Below, piece after piece: positions 12,616-25,598 of a stretch of DNA of 64,000 nt. The stretch's first letter is position 1, and every line of letters starts with the position of its first letter. The notes under the pieces are model-generated. The model made no database searches, was not told where the DNA came from, and saw only the letters and a list, made by a program, of their open reading frames with translations. Source of the DNA: Octopus vulgaris (Eukaryota); NCBI GenBank assembly GCA_951406725.2, contig OX597817.1:14632001-14696000 (forward strand). Direction: 5' to 3'. The translations under genes were made by a program, and so were the position numbers.

Positions 12616-13879
12616 CAGTCACAAGCAAGCTGTTCTATTGATCAGATGAACTGGAACTCTCATCATCATAACCAATGGAGTGCCAGTTTTTTGGGGTTTT
12701 TTTAATATAGTAAATTTATATACATGTATACTAATTTATATGTACACACACGCAAGCATACATACACACACACAGGAAATTTTATGTTCAAGTATATATT
12801 AGATTTTTCATTCCCCCGCAGACACCCTCCCTCTCTTTCATTTCAAATATAGCATCATATGTGTGTATATACATATATATATATATATGTGCACACATAT
12901 GTGCATGCATATATACACATATGTGCATGTGCGCATGCACACACACACAGAAAGAGAGAGAGACGGAGGAAAGATAGAGAGAGAGAAATATAGGTAGCAG
13001 TGCCCAAGGAATTTCCGTGTCTAATTTGAAAAACTATGAGATTGCTCCGAGTTTATAGAGTAGCATAGAAAACAATTTCTTTTGAAATTGCATTTAATAT
13101 AGGATAAATGTTGTACAATAATAGATTACTTCCTTGATTTGATTTCATAGTTTTTCACTCACTTGTCTCACAAATAATATTACTGTTGAGTGTATTAGAG
13201 ATTACATCTTCGATTTCAATCCACCGTGTAGGTACTGCATGCATTGATTGAAGGGGAATAATATTATAGATATTAGAAATGAGGACGAGGTAGTAGGATG
13301 AAGGTGACCACAAAAAATTCATTCACTTATTCATCTATTTATTTATTTATTTATTTATTTAATGATCAAAAATTATATTTTGAAAAAAATTTCACATGAT
13401 TTCATGCATGCACCTTTAATACAAGCGATTGTCATCTGCAAAAGACGTTTTTGTGAATTTCAACTCTCAGAAAGTGACTATTACATCTCTATTATCTTAT
13501 GATATTACTCTGCTATCATCTAAGTGTCCAACATCTATGTCATCAAATGTCTATAATGTACTATAATGTATAATAATATTCACATACACACTCCACACAC
13601 GTGTGTGTGTGAGAGTGAGAGAGAGAGAGAGAGATTGTATGTATATCTAGTTATAAGATGTTATTCATTTTCTCTCTTCACTGTGAATATTACAACCTTC
13701 TTCCACCAACATGTTTATTTCTCTTTGTGTGTGTGTGAGTGTGTGTGTAATTTGTCGTCATTTTACTTTCACTTTCCAAATTGGCATTGGTTAGACAGGC
13801 TGACACAGTCTGAGTCACCCTCCATTCAGGATTACTACACCAGAAGACTGGGTACTTGTACATTTCGCAGACACATGTC

Positions 13880-14095
13880 TCCGTATCACCATTCTCACAC
13901 AGAGATAATAATAAACAAGTTTCTACACAGGCTTCTATACAGTTTCCTCTCTGCCCAATTTCACTCATAAGGTATAAGTTGACCCAAGGCTTCATTCAAT
14001 AAAATTATGTTTGTTCAAGAAGGCATACAGTGAGATTGAACCTAGGAACTTGTAGTTATGACGCAAACATCTTAACCATTCAGCCATATTGTGCC
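13880..14095 (-). mobile_element. SINE family A 5' half, old
   Basis: caggcttc...ctcataagg...gagattgaacc...cttaaccattcagccat. Confidence 0.6.
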
Positions 14096-14126
14096 TCTGT
14101 GTATGTGATATAATATAATGGATGTG

Positions 14127-14395
14127 CTGCCCTGACTGGCCCCCGTGCCGGAGGCACGTAAAAAGCATCATCCGACCGTGGCCGTTTGCCAGACTTGTCT
14201 GGCACCTGTGCAGGTGGCACGTAAAAAGCACCCACTACACTCATGGAGTGGTTGGTGTTAGGAAGGGCATCCAGCCGTAGAAACATTGCCAGATCAGACT
14301 GGGCCTGGTGCAGCCTTCTGGCTTCCCAGACCCCAGTTGCACCGTCCAACCCATGCCAGCATGGAAAGCGGACGCTAAACGATGATGATGATGAT
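14127..14395 (+). mobile_element. SINE family B
   Basis: Two ggcacgtaaaaagca units plus the standard tail and (gat)n. Confidence 0.85.
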
Positions 14396-14599
14396 ATATA
14401 ATGTGACGGCCTTCGGGCTAAAACATTTTTAAGGATTTAAGGATAGATAAGGTTGGTACCAGGAACAACTAACTAAAGAAAATTCTGCCTGACCCAAACT
14501 CTCATCTGACACATGCAAACATGGAAAAGTTGATGTTAAAGCAATGATGATGATGATGATGATGATATTATATTATATCAGCTCTCTCCTATTCATCAT

Positions 14600-15185
14600 A
14601 CTCCCATAAGCCATTATGGATGAGGTCAAGATCAGCTGTCCATGAAAGCTAATTTAGGCTGATGACCCAGCTCTTATGGCTGAATCTAAAGTAGAATTAA
14701 AGAAATTCCAGACATGAAAACAAAACCTAGAATCAAAGAACCTCACAGTAAACTTAGTAAATACTAAGATTGTTGAAAGCAGGAAAGACAATAGGACCCT
14801 AAATATGCAAAAACAACATAGGTAGGAATTCTATATGCTATACCCAGTTACAGTTATGGAAGCACAAATGATGTGGAATAACAAGCAGGCAGGTTTTGTA
14901 TGTAGCAGATGTACCGGAGAAATAGAAACTCAGAGCACGTTAGAAATAAATTCTCCAAAATGTCTGGATGGCTCACTAAAAGTAGTTGAAAGGATATGTT
15001 ACCTGGGTGACATAATTAGACATAGAAGAGGTTGTTCCAAAACTATAGGAGCCATAAGTTAAGGGAACTGTCACCTCTTCTAGCAATAAAGGTCTTCTTC
15101 CTCAGAATAAAGAGTAGATTGTATGATGCTTGTGTTTGAATTACAATGCTACACGAAAGTTAAATGTGGACCCAAAATGCAGAAG
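14600..15185 (+). pseudogene. Decayed RTE-clade LINE RT C-terminal fragment
   Basis: Disrupted ADD...LMAES, VNLVNTK, FVCSRCTG, CYLGDII and RLYDACV motifs; same type as 55650-57240. Confidence 0.65.
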
Positions 15186-15421
15186 GCTAATTAGGCAATT
15201 ACTTTTCAAAATAATGGCAATTTGGCCATAATGGAAAATTACATAAATACACAGGTGAAGTGAATAAAATTTGAAAATTTTATAGTGTAAGTTATCTATA
15301 CTTTTATTCTGTTACTTTTACATATAGAGGATAACTATAGTATATGCGTTGTTCCTTTTTATGACCACACCAACATAGTACAGGTTACCTTACTTACAGA
15401 TCCCTATTTTTGTATGTTTAA

Positions 15422-15610
15422 CCCTATTGCATTCAAATTACTCTGTCACATGTGGTGCTCATTTAATCACATTGCTTTAACTCAATCATGCATTATCTTG
15501 TAGCTTTGAGGTTTTAAAAGTGTGACTTAATTTTTAGAATGACATTGTAGGATAGGTGTCAGAGGTCAGAACTGGCCAGTTTTAAAAAAAATTAGCTGGT
15601 TTAGTACATT
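15422..15610. mobile_element. piggyBac-like MITE P2, degenerate
   Basis: ttaa|ccctattgcattcaaattactctgtc...agaatgacattgtagg. Confidence 0.6.
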
Positions 15611-16018
15611 TTTGAAAAAGGATAAACAGAATAATTAGAATTGTAAATAGCTATGAAAAAAAAATTCCTTGAAAGTAATCAAAGGCATGAATTTGGATGA
15701 TTAAATTGGGGGGGGGTGATCATCATACATGGTGAATTCTTAGTTTACTGAAATGTCTGTCTGAGTTAGAGACAGAAAACACTGAATCCATTGGCAATTG
15801 TTAGCAAATCTCAAGGAAAAAAGTAAATTTATCTCAAGAAATTATGAATAGATGGTCAATTTGATTACATGTACCCACAGCTGACTACTGCCTGAAAGAT
15901 AAGGTTATCCTCTTCACAGATTATTAATCTCTGCAAGGATTTGTTCTCAATTTTCTTGAAAACATCTTGCCATTCCACTTGACAGTCACTAACAAGTATC
16001 ACATTTACATAAATGCAT

Positions 16019-16049
<31 letters not shown>

Positions 16050-16567
16050 CATGCTCATGCATGTGCCTGCATACACAGACACATAACCGTGTGTGTGTGT
16101 GTGTGTGCACATATGCATGTGCTATTGTGTGCAGATGATTTTGTGTCTAGATAATTGTACATCATGATAATCTATTTCCCAAGATTAAGAATATATTTCT
16201 TGAAATAATGAAGCCACTCACCAAGTGGTGATCAGTTTCATTGATTTCATAATGAAACATAGGAAGGGGATTTGGAAGACGTGGCAATTCTGACATTGCT
16301 TTTGTGTTTCCTGAATGCACAAAACTATGGAAGTGAGACAGAACTGTCAGAGAACTAACACCAGGCTGCTGATACCTCTTACTGAACAATTACGACAGCC
16401 AACAACAATCAGTGCACGTGTGGGTGCACACGCTACACACTTCATACATGTAAACACAAACTATTTAATATAGGGTTGTTGCAATAACATCTTTCATTAA
16501 AATGTGAATTCAAATGCTTTAAAGTCATTTCTCCTCCATCTTCCTTTCAACACACATGCACACACGT

Positions 16568-16658
<91 letters not shown>

Positions 16659-17073
16659 AAAATAAGAAATTATTACAACTTCACAGTCTAAAACCAAGAA
16701 AAAAAATATTTTGCCTTTAAATGTTTTAACTGTTCACACAGTATGAAAATAAGATTTTGTTTAACAAAGGAGGCTATTTTTGTTTAAATTTTTTTCAAAT
16801 CTAGTACAGAAAAAAAATTATATTTAAAAATGTAGTAAAAATGGATGCATAGATTTTGCAACCAATGTTCATTCCAAAAGTTAATTACTCCCAACAGGAA
16901 ACCTTTCCTGCTTCTACATAAACTGATTGAACCAAGTAGAGAAATGAACTGTGAGTCAACCTAGAGCTCTTAACATCTTTTATTTGCGCCATGCCACCAC
17001 CACCACCACCACCACACTCACTCACTCGATGTCTGGTGAAACTTACAGGCACATCTCCTCAAAATGTGTTTAA

Positions 17074-17289
17074 CCCTTTAGCGTTCAAATTACTCCGTCA
17101 TATGTGAAGCTCATTTATTCATATTGTTTTGAATTAATCATGTCCCATAATTTAAAAATTTGGATGGTGTTAATATCTTGCTTTTAGAATGGCATTGTAG
17201 GTTAGGTGTGAGAAGTTAGATCAGGGCAGTTTGAACATAAAACAGGAAGCATACTTTGGCCGGACATGGTCAGTTTAAATGCTAAATTA
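17074..17289. mobile_element. piggyBac-like MITE P2
   Basis: ttaa|ccctttagcg ... tttaaatgctaaa. Confidence 0.75.
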
Positions 17290-18107
17290 TTAAAAGCATA
17301 AAATTAAATATGCTTTCTTAGAGAATAATAACAAATTTTAGATCTTTTTTTTTTACTTACATTTAATATTGCATGAAATTCTAAATCTCAGTTAATACTT
17401 TGTGGAAATGTTTTTCCCCCATGAAAGTTCAGAGAACCACTGAAATCTACTCAATGAGAGCTAATCTGGAGCTAAACAACAACAAACTCTTTATAATTAA
17501 ACAGCCTTAGCTTTCAAATTAGAAAGTATCACAGCAAAATGTCTAGGAAATATTTATAATGTCATCAATCTGTCTGGTAGTCCAGTACACAATGGCTATG
17601 ACAAGGGCAGTAATTTAAATAAAATATGTAAATTTAACAAGTTATTTCTTATACATCACTCATTCATCAGATGACAGGGACGGATTCTATCTTGACATAA
17701 CATACCACCAAGCTAAATGTTAAACTTCAGGAAATACAGTATTCTAACAAGAACATATTATCTTTACGATGTCACCTTTATTGTTGTCAAGTATAATAGG
17801 AGAGCTAAATGACAGGGACGATACTGTGTGCATAATTTTTCAGTCAAAAAGTTGTGTATTATAACTATTTTAACAAGCTTTTGTTTGTTTGTTCGTTTGG
17901 TTTTTTTTTCTATCAACAAATATTATTCAGGACATTGGGCAAATATTGAAAAATTGCTTCTACAGAGAAGACAGACAAGAATTACACAATGATAGTTTGC
18001 CACAGTACACTTCATCTATAACTAGAAACAAATTTCCATCAGAATACTAAAAGACAGAAATACTAAAACACAACGTACTGATACACTCAATGACACTAGA
18101 ATTTATA

Positions 18108-18152
<45 letters not shown>

Positions 18153-19106
18153 TAATATCAATTTTGATTAAAATACAAAACCTGTATATAAACAAGTAAA
18201 ATACCTTTTCATAAATTAATACATTATAACAATGATTAATTAAGTTGTAAAATCAAACAAGAAGCTAGAATAATGTTTGTGGTTAAACAAGAGTGAATCC
18301 TAAAACACACAGGCTCTTTAGAAATGAATACTGATTTCTATAGCATCCCCTCAAAATGAAACAAAATTTTTACCGAATATCAATAAACGAGAATATTTAC
18401 AATTATGTTCAGCTCGGTGAAGTCAACACACCTGTTACAATGTAGAAATTTCAATCACGTCTCATGTTGATAACTCCATCAATAGTCTAATTTATTAGAA
18501 AAACCAAATAATGCTTTGTAAAGTCACTAAACTTAACTTCCATTTCGCTAAAATTAGTTAATCTGAATACAACATAATTGGTTACAATACAAAAATGTTC
18601 ATGATTCAAAAATAAGATTCTATAGAATTTATGAAATCTAAAGTAGGCCTTCATTAGGAAATGTAGACAGATTTTTCAAATGGTATCTGCATAGTCAAGA
18701 ATACTAGTGTGACAATTCTTTAAACTGTAATAATTAATTTCTATGATATTTATTAAATACACTGCTTTTGAACGTATGGGAATTATTTTCAGTGAGTTCA
18801 TCTATTCATACTCTCCAATCACTATGGTTCTACCATAATCATATCAGAAAAAGAAGACACCATTATTTAAATCACTGATGTAGTTGTTAAGAAGATACCT
18901 ACAATTGAATTAATGTATCAATTTCACAATCAGCTTACCTAGAATAATTTGAAATGCTGTCGATGAATTCAAACACAGCAAAATTCAACAATTCCTACAC
19001 ACAATCAATAAGTGTGTGTGTGTGTGTACGCATGTGTACATGCATGTACAAGAAAAGTACAAACACTTTTACAGAAAATTTATATAGGTAAAACTATCAA
19101 CCTTAA

Positions 19107-19551
19107 CCCTTTTGTTAATAACCTGGCCAAAACCGGCTCTTGCTCTGTGGTAACATGTCTTGTTTTCATAAGTTTTGAATTAAAATCTTTCACCAAACCT
19201 TAGTCACAATTTATGTTCCTAACAGTAACTAGTTGATAACTAAGTTATTTTACTAAATTCTTTGTTATATTTAACCCTTTAGTGTTCACATTATTCTACT
19301 AAAATTAATCCTTTTTTATCCTAATTGTTTTGAACTAATCATGCTTTATCTTGTAGCTATGAGATTTTGATGAGGTAGCTGTTAATTTTTAAAACGACAT
19401 TGTAGGGTAGGTGTGAGAGACCAGATCTAGCCTGTTTGAACATAAAACAGGCAGAATACTTTTGGCTGGATATGGCCGGTTTAAATGCTAAAGGGTTAAA
19501 GTAATTGAAAGAAACACAGAGCATCTCAAAATAAATACAGTAACGAAAGGG
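19107..19551. mobile_element. piggyBac-like MITE P1 (contains P2)
   Basis: TTAA|cccttttgtta ... taacgaaaggg|TTAA. Confidence 0.85.
19275..19495. mobile_element. piggyBac-like MITE P2 nested in P1
   Basis: TTAA|cccttttag ... ctaaaggg|TTAA. The empty site is visible in the P1 copies at 25379 and 30807. Confidence 0.9.
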
Positions 19552-19762
19552 TTAAAGTAAGCATTACCAACTTAAAATTCGAGTGATTCGACTTTCTTTT
19601 CACATTTCTCTTATTGTAGACTTTAAAACAGATTTAGACAAGTCAGCACAAAGAGGCCAAGTATTGTAAGAGTAAATTTATTTCTGCCATTTTGAAGTAA
19701 TTTCCAAACAAATGCAACTGAAAGGGCAGCCATAAATATTTCCATGTAAAGACTACCTTGAA

Positions 19763-20115
19763 TCATCATCATCATCATCATCATCATTTAACGTCCGTTT
19801 TCCGCGCTAGCACGGGTTGGACGGTTCGACCGGGGTCTGGAAAGCCAGGGGCTGCACCAGGCTCCAGTCTGATCTGGCACAGTTTCTACAGCTGGATGCC
19901 CTTCCTAACGCCAACCACTCCGTGAGTGTGGTGGGTGATTTTTACGTGCCACCGGCACAGGTGCCAGGGGGTGCCGACATCAGCCACGATCGGTTGGAGC
20001 TTTTAACGTGCCACCGGCACGGAAGCTAGCCAAGGTGGCGCTGGCAACGGCCACGTTCGGATGGTGCTTTTTATGTGCCACTGGCACAGAAGCCAGTCGG
20101 GGCGGCGCTGGCATC
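19763..20115 (-). mobile_element. SINE family B with internal ~60-bp repeats
   Basis: (atc)n tail and three tttt(a)(c/t)gtgccac(c/t)ggcac units. Confidence 0.85.
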
Positions 20116-21011
20116 TGGTTTATAATTCTTCTATCCATGTTTGATAAAGTAAACTGAATTTCTCAGTTCTAATCCAACTAAACACCAGCTCAGAGATAAA
20201 CCAAAAGTAAGACAAGAATGTCATAGTGACATTTAATAATGCTAATTACTTAATGATGTGAGATAATGAATACAATTAGTCAAGCAAAACTAAAGTTTAA
20301 CTGACTAATTTCCATTATGCTTGAAATAAATAAATAAATGGTTTAATCAATTAATTACACACTTTGAGGAATATTTGAAAAAAATTAATCACAGCTTTGT
20401 AATCTAATACAGAATTTTGGAACTAATATTTATTTCCTATAATAAGTTAAACAACATAATATAATACTTCCTACTGATTCAAGTAATAACAGGTGCCAAA
20501 AGTATGAAGAATGTGTACAAGTTTTGATAACCTTACAAATATGCGGCTTAGAGGAGTTAAAAATTCTCCAAAGACATTGAAGTTGCTTTGTTTGATGAGG
20601 TAGATTACATTTCTTACCTCACTCTAATTGCTAAGATGATACACACCTATCTAGAATATTAATCTAAGATAAACTAGCAGCTGCTTTATAGACAAATTTA
20701 TCTCTTATTTATTAACAGCTTCAGACCACTCAATCAATCGTGATACCTTAGACTTCAATGATTTTGGCTAACGACTATATAAACATGTATCATCACCTGT
20801 ACCTATAATTATAATAGATTATCATTATGAGAATTTTGTACAAAACATGTCTCACTAGAAAGAATATTACTCTAGCCCAAGACATTTCTTGGAGAAAATT
20901 AATGATATCTTTATATGACTTAATATCTTTTTGTAACAAAGACTAGACAAACCTGTGCTTGTACAACTGACCTCAAAAGATTGTGCAAATGCACCCACAT
21001 GCACACACACA

Positions 21012-21077
<66 letters not shown>

Positions 21078-22119
21078 CATGTAATTTTGTAAACAAAGCA
21101 TATTTTTCCACCAGGCTTAAAAGTTTATGAAAATAAGCACAGAACTGCGCAGAATCATTCTGATAATGAGAAAATAATTAACAGGTAGAAATGTTGCTAT
21201 CATCAGAAGTTGTTCAACTTCAGGTATTCAAATATGGGGATTCTTATAGATTAAAGATTTATGGGTCATTTATAAAAATTAACATTCATACTCTACTTGG
21301 AAATTGTTATCTTAAAATTATTCCTATTTATGAAATAAATGACTAGTAGAAACAATCATAATTACATCTTTTAATATTCAGAAATATCATTGGCAATAGA
21401 GATAACCAATGCTACTAAACACTAAACTAGATGCTTACTGCTGTTAGTTTGGTTCCTAACTGTTCTGAGTTCAAATCGCACAAGGGTTTGTATTATACAC
21501 ACAATTAATGTGTTCAGCTGCCTATACTACTACAAGTAATGTGAGTTAACTAACTATAATTGCCCAGCCAAAAAAATTAATTCTGAGCAAAAGAAATCAA
21601 TATTCAGAAATTCCATAACCATAGTCTCACAAGAAAGCAGTAAACATTTTCATGAAGAAAACAATGTTAAAATGTTTGCCATGATTTTGAGTTTTGTCAG
21701 GTTTTATTGATTTATTGAATGTAACCTGTAAAAACTAGACATTTTTAATCTGTTGTATATTACATGTCTATGCTCAAGCAATTTCAGTGAAAATTCATTC
21801 AACTAAAGACACTTACATCTCAATGATCCAGACCATCTGGCTGTAAATCAGTACTTCTAGATTATACAGTTCACAGTTGTGGACGCAGTGGTATCACTAT
21901 AACACAAGATGCTACAAGACTTACTTTCACTAAATTCTTTTTTTTTTTTTGTTTTTTTCAAAGGACAAGTATACAGGCAAGTAAATACGATAAAATTATG
22001 TTTATCTGTGCTTTATGTTCTTTTATAATATTGAAAACCTTAAGCATTTCTAATACAATATGTTGCAGTTTTACTCCAATTTACTGTTCTATTACATTTC
22101 AGATACCAAATATTTAATC

Positions 22120-23334
22120 ATGCCTACTCTAAAAGAGGAACTGCTGTTTGCTAAAAACAGCAGTCATATAATGGGCATGGAGGAAACCATCATACAGACA
22201 ATGTACAAGTACCTAAATCCTATATTCCTGCTGTGTGGCACGATTGGAAATATTATGTCGTTAGTGATGATGCATAAAATGAGTGCTCGAGTCTGGTCTA
22301 GCTGTATTTACCTCAGTGTTCTGGCTATCGTTGATCTACTTATTCTCTACCTGGACTGTGGAAACAGGTGGTACAAACAGCTCACTAACATTGATCTCAA
22401 CATAGTTATTATGACAAGCACAGATGCAATGTGCCAGGTTTATCTATTTTTCTACAATTTTATTTTCCATTTTTCCGCCTGGCTCGTGGTCGCTATCACA
22501 GGAGAATGTTTAATCTCTATAAAGTCTCCAATTTTTAAATACAAATCATGCACCAGGGAACACGCACGTGCTATCATTCTATTTATAACAGTCATGCTGA
22601 TTGGAATTAACATTCATTACTTCTGGACCCATGCACTTGTCAGTAAACAAGGCTCCAGCATCTTACAGAGGAAAGTATGCATCAATATGGATGAACTTTC
22701 AGATGTCTTCAAAGATCAGATATGGCACTACCTTGACATCTTCATAAAAGATGTTATTCCACTCTTGGTAATATGTCTGCTAGTAACCATGATTGCTATG
22801 ATTCTGCATGCAAACATAAGCAGTGCAAAAGGTATGGAACCAGTGTTAAAGAAGTACTATATGGATATTGAATCTTTTCATGAAATGTGCTATATTGTTA
22901 TAGTCATAGCTATTATTTACATTGTATGTACACTTCCTAAAGTAGGCCTGACAGTAATTCATCATTGTGTTGTTTACGGACTCCTGCCATATACACAAAA
23001 TCTTGGTGCTAAACTTAAACTAGCTGACGCAATTTGTCAAATGTTCCAGTATGGATATCACAGCTTAAAACTATTCATATACATTTATTTCTGTAAACGT
23101 ATCAACATCTGGACAAAGAAATCCACAAAAGTTTTCCTCACTCAAACATGCAGTGGTAACAAGGTCTCCAGATCCAGTACATTTTATTCGCAACAAAGCA
23201 TGGAGAGACCTCTCAGTGAGCAACACTACTTTCAAGAAAGTAAGCCCATTCAAGTTCCTGATTCAAGTTTTTTTAAAGAAAAGCAAAAGGTCACTTTCTC
23301 AAAGCCGAGAGTATTTACACAAACACAAGTTTGA
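22120..23334 (+). CDS. Rhodopsin-like (class A) GPCR, FMRFamide/peptide-receptor-like orphan, 404 aa from M21 of the ORF
   Basis: Seven hydrophobic segments; TM1 GTIGN, TM2 YLSVLAIVDL, Cys at top of TM3 and in ECL2, TM6 VCTLP; no stops. An acceptor ttacatttcag| at 22102 makes ATG 22120 more likely than 22060. Confidence 0.9.
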   Translation: MPTLKEELLFAKNSSHIMGMEETIIQTMYKYLNPIFLLCGTIGNIMSLVMMHKMSARVWSSCIYLSVLAIVDLLILYLDCGNRWYKQLTNIDLNIVIMTSTDAMCQVYLFFYNFIFHFSAWLVVAITGECLISIKSPIFKYKSCTREHARAIILFITVMLIGINIHYFWTHALVSKQGSSILQRKVCINMDELSDVFKDQIWHYLDIFIKDVIPLLVICLLVTMIAMILHANISSAKGMEPVLKKYYMDIESFHEMCYIVIVIAIIYIVCTLPKVGLTVIHHCVVYGLLPYTQNLGAKLKLADAICQMFQYGYHSLKLFIYIYFCKRINIWTKKSTKVFLTQTCSGNKVSRSSTFYSQQSMERPLSEQHYFQESKPIQVPDSSFFKEKQKVTFSKPRVFTQTQV

Positions 23335-23488
23335 ATTTATATTCATACTCTCACACACACATGTATGCATACACACACACACACACACACTCTCACTCTC
23401 TCTCTCTCTCTCACACACACACCCACACACACATAGAATTTGTAAACATTAAATTTCTATTATAAATGTTAAATGTTTAATGATACTC

Positions 23489-23494
23489 AATAAA
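23489..23494 (+). terminator. Putative poly(A) signal of the GPCR
   Basis: AATAAA 155 nt after the stop, followed by a T/GT-rich tract. Confidence 0.45.
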
Positions 23495-25378
23495 TATTTT
23501 CTTTCATGTTATATTCTGTTTTGTTTTACTACTTGTTACATTACTTTTGCATACCGGTTTCAGCCCTTATTTTCACAAACAATATTATTCATCATTTGTA
23601 CTAAATGAGAATATTAGCATTTCAGAAGGAGACAAGAAAGAACAAAATAGTTACCAGCTAGGAGTAAATATAGTACATATTCCTTTTTATCTCATATAAC
23701 TAACCATACTTTCTCATCTAATAAATACAAATATTATCTTTGAGTGACCCTAGTCCATTAAAGAAAAAATATCATTCTTCAATAAATCCCATTCTTACTC
23801 TTTTTACCAAGCACTGTAAGGTAAGAGATATACTCCTAATAATCTGAATGTGAGACGAGCTTTCTAATCCAAGCTTACTTCATCTATTCCCATTTCATAA
23901 TATACGTGAAAAAAAGCATGGATATCCTACATTATCTTTTTTCTTTTATATGTTTTTGATTGTGCATTTGAATTTTGAAAAAAAAAACAATATTTTTAAT
24001 ACATAAATAAATGAAAATATTAAATTAGAAGAAAACCAAGGTATGTATCGGTACTATTCTGATTTACTTTCTGAGTGTATAATTTCACATCCTAAAATTT
24101 TAAACTTTTGAAGTAAAAGACATCACCTCATAGGTACATTTGGAAAACTCAGTATAGATATGATTTATGTTCTTTGCAGGGTTTTAATGAGTGTGGTTTA
24201 TGTTTAAGAGAAGTTCAAATCTGGAAACTCAGACCCACATTAAACTAACTGAAAATATCTAAGGCAACTAAAATTTTAGTTGTGATATTACGTAAAGCAA
24301 CTGAAATGAGGAAAGTGCCTTTCTTCAAAGAGTGAACAAAGAAGCTTCGGTAAATATAACAATACTACAATGAATGGTAATAACTGTCTTGGAGTGATAA
24401 GTAGACTTCAGAAGTTATAGAAGTCAAATTAATAATGCAAGTTCAGTTCTTCAAATGAAATTAATGGAACATCTTATGACAAAACTTTCTTGAATAAAAT
24501 CTAACAGGATTAGATACATTATTCCTTATGACATTAAAATCTACATAAAAAAAAAATTGGCAACATCTGATAATGAAGGAAGTGAATATAATATGATGAA
24601 GTGTAATTTGGTTTTGAAGTATATAAAGGATTCATGTATGTTGAGACAGTAGAGAAATACATCCATCAAAATATGAATTGATAGAGAAATATATTAAAGA
24701 TATATAATTCATCAAGAAAACTTCTTTTGATGATGAAAAAAAAATCATCATTCCATATAAAAGATACATTTGAAGAACAAATCACATGAAAATTGAAAAG
24801 CTATCAAACAGTAGAAGATGGATGATAAAACAGTGATAACAAACGTGTGTGTAGTGTAAATTAAATGTTGCATATCAGCTATTATATCTGCAGCAGAAAC
24901 AAGAGTACTGTTTTGGAAATGGAATGAGAAAGTAAAACAGAACTGCTCTGTGGCCAAAATGCCAGAAAAGTGACCATATGATCACAGGTTCAAATTTTAC
25001 TACATTTTAATATGTCCCTGAACAAGACACACAACTTTATTTGCTGTTGTTGTTTGCCTAGTTAACAATTTCCCCTACCTAATTTATGGTTGGGAAGTTA
25101 CACTTTGCCAAAAAAGAAAACTTATTTATCAAGCAGAACCATACTTGTCTGAAAAAAACTATGTGTAAGACAACAAACTGAACATAAGATGTATGGGAAA
25201 ATTATTATAAATTGACAATGATTTTAGGGCCAAGTATAACTAGAGAAAGGGGTAATCTGCCTGAGACATCTCTGGTTCTGTGATATAAAACCAACTGCTT
25301 TGAAGTGTTTTTATTTATATAAAAAAAAACCTTCCATCATTTTATGTCAGAACATTTATGTTCCAAATGTTGGTTTAA

Positions 25379-25598
25379 CCCTTTCGTTACTAACCCGGCT
25401 GAAACCTGCTCTGGCTCTGTAGTACAAATATCTTGTTTTCATACGTTTTGAATTAAAATCTTCCACCAAACTTAGTCACAGTTTATGTTCCAAACACTAG
25501 CTTAATGATAACTAAGTTATTTCACTAAATTCTTTGTTATATTTAAAATGATTGAAAGAAACACAGAGCATCTGAAAATAAATACAGTAACGAAAGGG
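25379..25598. mobile_element. piggyBac-like MITE P1
   Basis: TTAA|ccctttcgttact ... agtaacgaaaggg|TTAA, perfect 13-bp TIR. Confidence 0.9.

Noticed and set aside
18939-18994. Possible short minus-strand exon (tag|...|gtaagc)
   Set aside because: No polypyrimidine tract and no similarity to the expected RELCH continuation.
22060-22119. First 20 codons of the 424-aa ORF
   Set aside because: They overlap a pyrimidine-rich splice acceptor and are probably intronic.
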